Source: Kineococcus radiotolerans SRS30216 = ATCC BAA-149
GTDB taxonomy: Bacteria; Actinomycetota; Actinomycetes; Actinomycetales; Kineococcaceae
NCBI RefSeq assembly: GCF_000017305.1
Contig: NC_009664.2
Coordinates: 4,470,001 to 4,502,000 of the forward strand
DNA length: 32,000 nucleotides
Direction: 5' to 3'
Shown here: piece by piece, positions 26,202 through 32,000 of the stretch
Layout of the letters: the number at the start of each line of letters is the position of its first letter
Position numbering within the stretch: the stretch's first letter is position 1
Program-made: the position numbers and the translations under genes
The notes under the pieces: model-generated
The model's database searches: none
The model's input: the letters and a program-made list of their open reading frames with translations, nothing else
What the model was told of the DNA's origin: nothing

Positions 26202-26907
26202 GGTGCGGAGTCGGCGGTGCCGGAGAGGGGCTTGATGTCGCGTCGCCTGATTGGCCCAACGTGCCGGTCGTGACGCCGAACAAGGGAATGTGGCGGACCA
26301 GCTGGCTCAGGCATTGCGTGGCTGACACCACCCACGTACTACTAATGATGTTCCACCGGCTCAGCAGCTCGAGCGGCAAAACCTACTGCGCAGCGAGCTG
26401 ACAGAAGCTGGCGGCCCGGGCCCTTGGCGCCGCTGAGGTCAGGACGCATACGCGATTGAACTTGGACGCCTTCTTGGATGCGGCTTGTGAGGTTGAGGAG
26501 TGACGCCCTCTGGTTGTTCGGGGCCACCAGCACATCGGGCACGCTGTTGTCCTTGTACCTAGATGTACTGACCAGTGAGGTTGGTGACGCGTGAGGGAGG
26601 CGGTCGCGGCGCGGTGGGCCAGATTGTCTCCGGGGGGCTCGATGAGAACGCCGTCGACCTCGGCCTCGCACGATCGGCGATCGGCGTCGTCTACCTGGCC
26701 GTGCTGACCCGCGGTTTTCGCCCCGCTCCTCCTGAGCTCCCTTGAACAGGTCCCCCGGGCCTATGACCGCGGCCTGCAACGGCTGACCGATCGCGCGCGG
26801 GGTCACGACCCGGCGGCTTCGGTCGACGGGTCAAGCCCGCTGTTCGAGCCCGCTGCGTGGACGCTGGTGTCGGTGGCGCGTCGTAGGCTCCGCAGTGTGA
26901 TTCGACG

Positions 26908-27159
26908 ATGAGCAAGCTCGACGCCCAGCGGGCGATGCGCGAAGCCAATTACGCCCGCAACAGCGGCCGCCGCGCAGCAGCTGCCGGGAAGACGTCCGTG
27001 GCCCCGGCGGTTCGTGCGGCACAGCCGGCTGGCGCCGCTGCAGCTGCTGCACCCGCTCCGGTCGCACCCACGAGTGGGCAGTGCGGGCACAAGTCGATGA
27101 ATGGCCGGGCATGCTCCCGTGAGGCGGCGCACCCCGAGAAGAACCACCGCTACAGCTGA
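26908..27159 (+). CDS. small hypothetical protein with Ala-rich linker and C-terminal Cys/His cluster
   Basis: 83 aa: MSKLDAQRAMREANYARN... (A/P-rich) ...CGHKSMNGRACSREAAHPEKNHRYS (C-x-H-x7-C-x5-H-x4-H). Codon usage is plausible. No obvious RBS. Confidence 0.45.
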   Translation: MSKLDAQRAMREANYARNSGRRAAAAGKTSVAPAVRAAQPAGAAAAAAPAPVAPTSGQCGHKSMNGRACSREAAHPEKNHRYS

Positions 27160-27422
27160 CGGCTACCTGCGGATCGATGGATCCGGAGCGTGGCCCGGGC
27201 TTCCCGGACAGGTGGGTGGCTCGATCATGCTGCAGTAGAGGCGTCGGGGCACCCCGATGGTGCTCTCCGCACCTGACTTCGTGCCACGACTCAGGTGACG
27301 ACCGCGCGCGGCTCGTCCATTTCGGGGGGGCTCAGCGTCCTGAATGCGTCTGCGCCGCGGCGTGACCGTGAGGTCCTGGAGCCGCTGCGGGCGGGCTAGG
27401 AGGCAGCTCGCCAGGAGTCAGA

Positions 27423-27638
27423 TCATCGATGTCGTGGGCTCACGTCAGCGTCTGGGGCCGGGGGCTCGGCTCCGAACGGCTCGACCGGTGGCCACGGCTG
27501 GGGTCGCCACAGGCGCCAGGACACCAGCGACCGCGTCGCCACGAGGGTCCACAGGATCGCCACCAGGAGGAACCAGGTGTTGCGGCCCTGGTAGAAGGCG
27601 AGTGGCCAGCAGCCGGCAGCGGCTGCCAGTTGCAGCAC
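27423..27638 (-). CDS. small membrane protein (two predicted TM helices), hypothetical
   Basis: 71 aa with a GTG start. The hydrophobic part has nearly all codons ending in G/C by eye, which is coding-like. Sequence: LQLAAAAGCWPLAFY / TWFLLVAILWTLVA, then a Trp/Pro-rich tail. Confidence 0.45.
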   Translation of the reverse strand: MLQLAAAAGCWPLAFYQGRNTWFLLVAILWTLVATRSLVSWRLWRPQPWPPVEPFGAEPPAPDADVSPRHR

Positions 27639-27652
27639 GGCGATGGTGCGCA

Positions 27653-27698
27653 GCTCGGTGCGCGTGGCTCGGTGCGCGTGGCTCGGTGCGCGTGGCTC
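27653..27698. repeat. 14-bp tandem repeat (GCTCGGTGCGCGTG x3 plus a partial copy)
   Basis: Three perfect units at 27653-27694 and the partial GCTC. It lies immediately upstream of the small membrane-protein GTG (27638). Confidence 0.9.
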
Positions 27699-28137
27699 AC
27701 ACCATCAGCCAGGATCGCCGCTTCATGGTGCCCATCGTCGCTGACGTGACCATTCTTGGCGCCTGCACGTCCCGGTTCGCCTCGGTGACTGCATCCTCAG
27801 ACGCGGGGGATGGGGCGTAATCGGCCCCGACCCGGATGCCGTGCGAGCTGGCCTTCAGGATCAAGTGCCTGTTGCCAGGACCATGAGGTTGGGCAATGGG
27901 AACATGCAGCCCACCGAGCGCTTCCGACCGGCGTGGACAGGCCCGGTCATTTCACAGGGCGCTGGCCGTGGCCGGAGCACCGCCAGTACTGCCGGGGTGC
28001 CAGTCCAGGCACAAGGCCGTGGCGTCGTCGGCTGCCTGACCACCGGCCACCTCATCCACCGCCGCGGTCAGCACCTGCATCAACTGCCGCGAGTGCAACC
28101 CCGCGCACTACGCAACCAAGTTGCCCCCGGCCTGGTC

Positions 28138-28968
28138 TTACTCACATGCCCGCGGGACCTCGACCTGCACGGCGACACCGTGTTCGCGCAGTTGCAAGAG
28201 GATCGGATCGATCTGAGGCCCCTCGTCCGACTGCTCGTCCGACCCTTCGTTCGGCCCTTCGTCTGGTTCCTCTGCCGTGACGCTGAACGACGTGACCAGC
28301 CCGGAAGCTGGGTCGACCTCCACGATCCCCAAGACGGTTCCCGAGGCGGATCCGGAGGATAGGCCGGGTCGGAGCTGGTCCAGGGTGAGCCGCACCGCCT
28401 CCCGCCGCTGCGGGTGGGCGTCGTCCACGAGCTTGGACAGGTCGAGGTCCACGCGGTAGCGGCCCGGGGCGCCGTCGGGTTCCGCGCTGGTCACCGCCGC
28501 CAGCCAGTGGAAGGTGGCGGCGACGCTTCCCAGGAGCGGGTCGACCTCCATCGTCAGGCGGGGGGCGTCTGTGCGTGAGCTGGTCCAGCGCCCCTCGTCG
28601 TCCTGGGTGGGTGGCCCGTCGAGGAGGATCATCGACAAGCTGCCGGCCTCGGGGACGAGGAGGGCGTGCGCCGTCACTTCCTCCGGTGTGCTCTGGCCGG
28701 GCAGCGCGATGAGCCCGTCGAGCACGAGGACACCGTCGCCGCCGAGGGGTGCAGGAGGTGGGAGTGAGGGGAATGTCGTGGCGACCGTGGTCATCGTCGC
28801 CGCCCCTGTCGTCAGGTCGGTGTGTCCGTACGCCGAGGTGTGGACCGGGTCCTCCACCGGGGTGCGCCAGGAGTAGCGCGCGGTGGCGGTTGCAAGGGTG
28901 CGTGCGTGCGCGTTCAGGACGACGCGCAACGGGTCAGCGGGTTCGGCGTTCGTCATGTCGTGGTGCAC
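28138..28968 (-). CDS. hypothetical protein, no recognisable family; acidic low-complexity segment near the C-terminus
   Basis: 276 aa with high third-position GC by eye. The acidic stretch is EEPDEGPNEGSDEQSDEGPQ. Start is GTG at 28968 or ATG at 28956. No RBS seen, so it may be leaderless. TAA stop. Confidence 0.6.
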   Translation of the reverse strand: MHHDMTNAEPADPLRVVLNAHARTLATATARYSWRTPVEDPVHTSAYGHTDLTTGAATMTTVATTFPSLPPPAPLGGDGVLVLDGLIALPGQSTPEEVTAHALLVPEAGSLSMILLDGPPTQDDEGRWTSSRTDAPRLTMEVDPLLGSVAATFHWLAAVTSAEPDGAPGRYRVDLDLSKLVDDAHPQRREAVRLTLDQLRPGLSSGSASGTVLGIVEVDPASGLVTSFSVTAEEPDEGPNEGSDEQSDEGPQIDPILLQLREHGVAVQVEVPRACE

Positions 28969-29333
28969 CCGGTCACGCTATCCGCCCAGCCTTGGGCTTG
29001 ACGATGAACCTCGCGCCTGGGGGCTGCCCCGGCTTCAGTTGACCCTGGTGGGTGGGGGCGGTCAGGTCGCGTGAGCGGCTTGGAGGGGCGTCTCATACTT
29101 GCCCGGTGTCAGTGCACCTGGCACGAGCTGACGGCGCCGCCGGTGCTAATCGCAACGTATCGGTGCTTGCGCCTGGGCTGGGACTGGGGGCCTGGGAGGA
29201 GGCGCCGCGCTGGTGCGGTGCCGCGTCGGGTCTGTCGTGGGCTCTTCTCCCGGTGGGGCTGGTGGGGCACACTGCCACGGTGGAAGAGACCACGACCAAG
29301 CCAATCCCACCTTCGCCCACTGGGCAGCGGCGC

Positions 29334-30362
29334 ATGCACCTGGTCGGCACCCTGCCGCAGTTCGACGAGCCGGGTGCGGCCTTGTCCTGGCAGTTGAACG
29401 ACCTGCAGGGGCAGGTGCGCCGCCTCAGCGGCGGGGAGACGGGGGAGCGGGCGATCTGGATCGTTCCCGTCGTGCAGCGCCTGGCTCGCGAACCGGTCGT
29501 GCGTCGGGTGCGGTCGGGCGGCTGGACCCGCTACGACGACGTGGACCGCTTCGCCGTGCGGCGCGGGCGGCGGCTGGAACCACGGCACCTGGACCTGCGG
29601 GTGGCCCAGTACGGCGCGGAGGAGTTGCGCGTGCTGTCCGACCTGGGCCACCCCGCCACCGAGGACACGCCCCTGCAGGTCGGGGTCCCGGGCAACTTCG
29701 ACATGGCGTTATTCAGCTTCGGTCCGGTCGCCGCCCTGCGCCTGGCCCCGGTCTTTCGCCGTCGCCTCGGCCAAGACATCGCTGCGCTCATCGCTCAAGC
29801 TGGGCCGGCGGTGGTGTTCCAGCTGGAGATGCCCGTCGAGCTGGTCGCGGTGGCGGCAGCTCCGGGGCCGGTGCAACCGGTGGCGGCGCGGGTGGTGGCG
29901 CGCTCGGTACTGCGGCAGGTGGCGGAGGCGCCAGCGGGGGCCCGGTTCGGGGTGCACCTGTGCCTGGGGGACCTGGGTCATCGAGCGCTGCGGCAACTGC
30001 CGGACACGGCTCCACTGGTGCATCTGACGAACGCGCTGGTCCGGGGGTGGCCGCGTGGACGCAGGCTGGACTTCGTGCATCTGCCCATGTCGGGTGGGAA
30101 CCGGCCACCGCCGCTGGATCCGGGGTTCTACGCGCCGCTGCATGGGTTGAGGGAGACGATGCCGGTGGAGACGGAGTTGATCGCTGGTCTCGCCCATGAG
30201 GAGCAAACGCTCACTGACCAGATCCAAGTGTTGCAGCTGGTCGAAGACACTCTCGACCGCACGGTCGACGTGGCGACGTCTTGTGGTCTGGGGCGGCGCT
30301 TACCGCTCGAGGCCGACGCCGCGGTGCGCAGGACGCTGGAGCTGCTCCAGCCCACATCGTGA
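29334..30362 (+). CDS. MetE-like (cobalamin-independent methionine synthase C-terminal / UROD-like TIM barrel) protein, function unknown
   Basis: The motif order parallels MetE: VVFQLEMPVE (cf. QIDEPA), GVHLCLGD (H-x-C zinc ligands), VATSCGLGRR (cf. PDCGLKTR). Start is ATG at 29334 (MHLVGTLPQF) or GTG at 29280. The track start at 29052 has poor codon bias. The call is fold-level only. Confidence 0.55.
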   Translation: MHLVGTLPQFDEPGAALSWQLNDLQGQVRRLSGGETGERAIWIVPVVQRLAREPVVRRVRSGGWTRYDDVDRFAVRRGRRLEPRHLDLRVAQYGAEELRVLSDLGHPATEDTPLQVGVPGNFDMALFSFGPVAALRLAPVFRRRLGQDIAALIAQAGPAVVFQLEMPVELVAVAAAPGPVQPVAARVVARSVLRQVAEAPAGARFGVHLCLGDLGHRALRQLPDTAPLVHLTNALVRGWPRGRRLDFVHLPMSGGNRPPPLDPGFYAPLHGLRETMPVETELIAGLAHEEQTLTDQIQVLQLVEDTLDRTVDVATSCGLGRRLPLEADAAVRRTLELLQPTS

Positions 30363-30810
30363 GGGGCGCAGGCACCTGACCTCCTGTGTGGGCGCTGTCG
30401 AGCGCCAGCAGGTGATCTTGCCGAAGCAGCCGGTGGGCCGTCACCTCACTCGCCTCTCGCGCCTCCTTCGTCGTGGACGACGAGGTGCGGGAAGCGCGGG
30501 CCAGCCCCGGTCGTCCCTGGTCGCAAGTGAACCAGGGCAGAAGGCGGCGACGTCGCGCTCGGGGATGTTCATGGCTGACCCTGCTTGAAGAGGACCGGCA
30601 CCCGTTCTCCCGCGAGCGGGAGGTGCCCCCAGCCACTGCGACGGGGTTCGCATCGGCGGCGAGGCGATGAGCAGGAACTATCCGCAGATCCGTCGAGCCG
30701 GGAGAGTCGCGAGACATCCCGCGGCATCGGCTGCCTCCTCAGGGCAGCCCATGCGTTGGCTCCAGGTTCCATGGCGTCTCGCCCCACCTCCTCAAGGCAG
30801 ATGTCCACCA

Positions 30811-30846
30811 TCGGCGCTGCGTCGGCGCTGCGTCGACGCTGTGTCG
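30811..30846. repeat. 11-bp tandem repeat x3 (TCGGCGCTGCG, TCGGCGCTGCG, TCGACGCTGTG)
   Basis: Two perfect copies and one copy with 2 mismatches, in a stretch with no confident gene. Confidence 0.8.
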
Positions 30847-31097
30847 TGGAGTGGGCCCTCAACCACCTGGGGCGGGGGCGTGCTTTCGCCACCTGCTGCG
30901 ACGAGTGCACCCGTCACCACTGCGCGAGGCTGGTGCCGGCCTCACTGTTGATGTGGCTGAGGTGAAGATGCGTCAGGTATGGCCCGGGGGTCCTGGGTAT
31001 CCACGGACTGACAGGCCGTGGCAGCCCGTCGGCGGGACGGGCAGTGTCGTTTTCACCGGACGAGCGTCCGGAGAAGCATCACCACCTGGAGCAGACA

Positions 31098-32000
31098 ATG
31101 CCTCGTACCCGTCCCGACATCAATGTTCCCGCCCTCGTCGGTCGCCACGCCGTGGTCACCGGTGCCAGTGATGGCGTGGGCCTGGCTCTGGCCACCCGGC
31201 TGGCCGCCGCCGGTGCGGACCTCACCCTCCCGGTTCGCAATCAGGTCAAGGGCCGGGCTGCGCTGGCGGCGATCCGCCGAGCGGTGCCCGGCGCACGGGT
31301 GGTGATGGCCGATCTTGACCTGTCCTCCCTCGCCTCGGTCGCCGCCTTCGGGGCCCGGATGCAGGAGGAAGGCAAGGCCATCCATCTGCTCGTCAACAAC
31401 GCGGGGGTCATGACCCCGCCGCAGCGTCAGTCGACCGTCGACGGCTTCGAGTTGCAGTTCGGCACCAACCACCTCGGCCACGTCGCCCTGGTGGCCCACC
31501 TGCTTCCCCTGCTGCGGGCTGGGCGGGCCCGGGTCACCTCCCAGGTCAGCGTGGCCGCGCGTTCGGGACGCGTGAACTTCGAGGACCCGAACTGGCGCGA
31601 CGCCTACCACGGCATGAAGGCCTACAGCTCCTCCATGATCGCTTTCGGTCTGTTCGGGCTCGAGTTGGAGCGCCGCAGCCGCGCTCAGGGCTGGGGCATC
31701 ACCAGCAACCTGTCCCACCCCGGCATCGCCCCCACCAGCCTGCTCGCCGCCCGCCCCGAGGTCGGTCGCTCCGCTGACACCACCCAGGTCCGCCGCATCC
31801 GCACCTTGTCGCGCTGGGGGCTGGTCGGGACGGTGGAGACCGCTCTGCTGCCCGCTCTGATGGCCGCCACCTCGCAGGAGTCCGAGGGAGGCAAGCTGTA
31901 CGGGCCTCGTGGCCCGGGCCACCTGAGCGGCGGCCCGAGCGAGCAGAAGCTGTACCGACCCCTGCGCAGCACCGCCGACGCCGCCCACGTCTGGGAAATC
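31098..32000 (+). CDS. SDR-family oxidoreductase (retinol-dehydrogenase-like subgroup), 3'-partial; not in the supplied ORF track
   Basis: My own translation from ATG 31098 (GGAG 7 nt upstream) gives [32 protein letters not shown]...LLVNNAGVM...[39 protein letters not shown].... The frame stays open to the window end. The 311-aa minus-strand ORF 31053..31988 is its antisense shadow. Confidence 0.85.
   Translation, partial: MPRTRPDINVPALVGRHAVVTGASDGVGLALATRLAAAGADLTLPVRNQVKGRAALAAIRRAVPGARVVMADLDLSSLASVAAFGARMQEEGKAIHLLVNNAGVMTPPQRQSTVDGFELQFGTNHLGHVALVAHLLPLLRAGRARVTSQVSVAARSGRVNFEDPNWRDAYHGMKAYSSSMIAFGLFGLELERRSRAQGWGITSNLSHPGIAPTSLLAARPEVGRSADTTQVRRIRTLSRWGLVGTVETALLPALMAATSQESEGGKLYGPRGPGHLSGGPSEQKLYRPLRSTADAAHVWEI

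Noticed and set aside
27344-27820. A 158-aa plus-strand ORF spanning the 14-bp repeat.
   Set aside because: Its translation is Arg-rich and featureless. The opposite strand carries a better-biased small membrane-protein ORF (27423..27638).
30585-30965. A 126-aa ORF with the Cys/His-rich tail CCDECTRHHC, considered as a metal-binding small protein.
   Set aside because: It has poor third-position GC for most of its length, an Arg/Ser-rich N-terminal half, no RBS and no recognisable family. It is kept only as a remark within the ORF-poor-region finding.
1-32000. Search by eye for tRNA/rRNA genes, transposases, integrases, phage structural genes, or terminal inverted or direct repeats bounding an island.
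   Set aside because: I recognised none. There was no T-loop-like GGTTCGAATCC context and no DDE, tyrosine-recombinase or serine-recombinase motif in any plausible ORF. The accessory character of 25.4-31.1 kb therefore rests only on gene paucity and apparent gene decay. tRNAscan-SE, ISEScan and ICE/prophage finders should be run to confirm.

Overview
High-G+C (by eye about 70%) actinobacterial-type chromosomal DNA, densely coding on both strands. Many long antisense or off-frame ORFs in the track are high-GC shadows, not genes. nt 1-21,850 is a glycoside-utilisation locus. It encodes seven predicted cytoplasmic glycoside hydrolases: GH78 rhamnosidase, GH43, two GH3, GH2, GH1 and a GH35-like enzyme. 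It also carries one GPH/MFS importer and a LacI-family regulator. Unusually, an SDR and a complete class I cytochrome P450 system (P450, 3Fe-4S-type ferredoxin, ferredoxin reductase) sit in the same apparent operon as the GH2 and GH1 genes. A perfect 14-bp palindrome lies in the divergent promoter gap between the two main operons. Four of the glycosidases, from three unrelated GH families, end in the same ~70-aa C-terminal tail. nt 21,850-25,300 holds an 11-bp G-rich tandem array, a HisKA_3 sensor kinase / NarL-type response regulator pair, a DUF418 membrane-protein gene interrupted by an in-frame TGA, and a possible PadR-like fragment. nt 25,400-31,100 is ORF-poor and looks accessory or degraded. 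It contains a membrane-anchored Mrr-type nuclease-domain protein, two small proteins, an unknown 276-aa protein divergent from a MetE-like TIM-barrel protein, and several gaps with no convincing gene. A second SDR gene runs off the 3' edge and is not in the ORF track. I recognised no rRNA, tRNA, CRISPR array, transposase or integrase. Family calls rest on motif recognition by eye, not on database searches.
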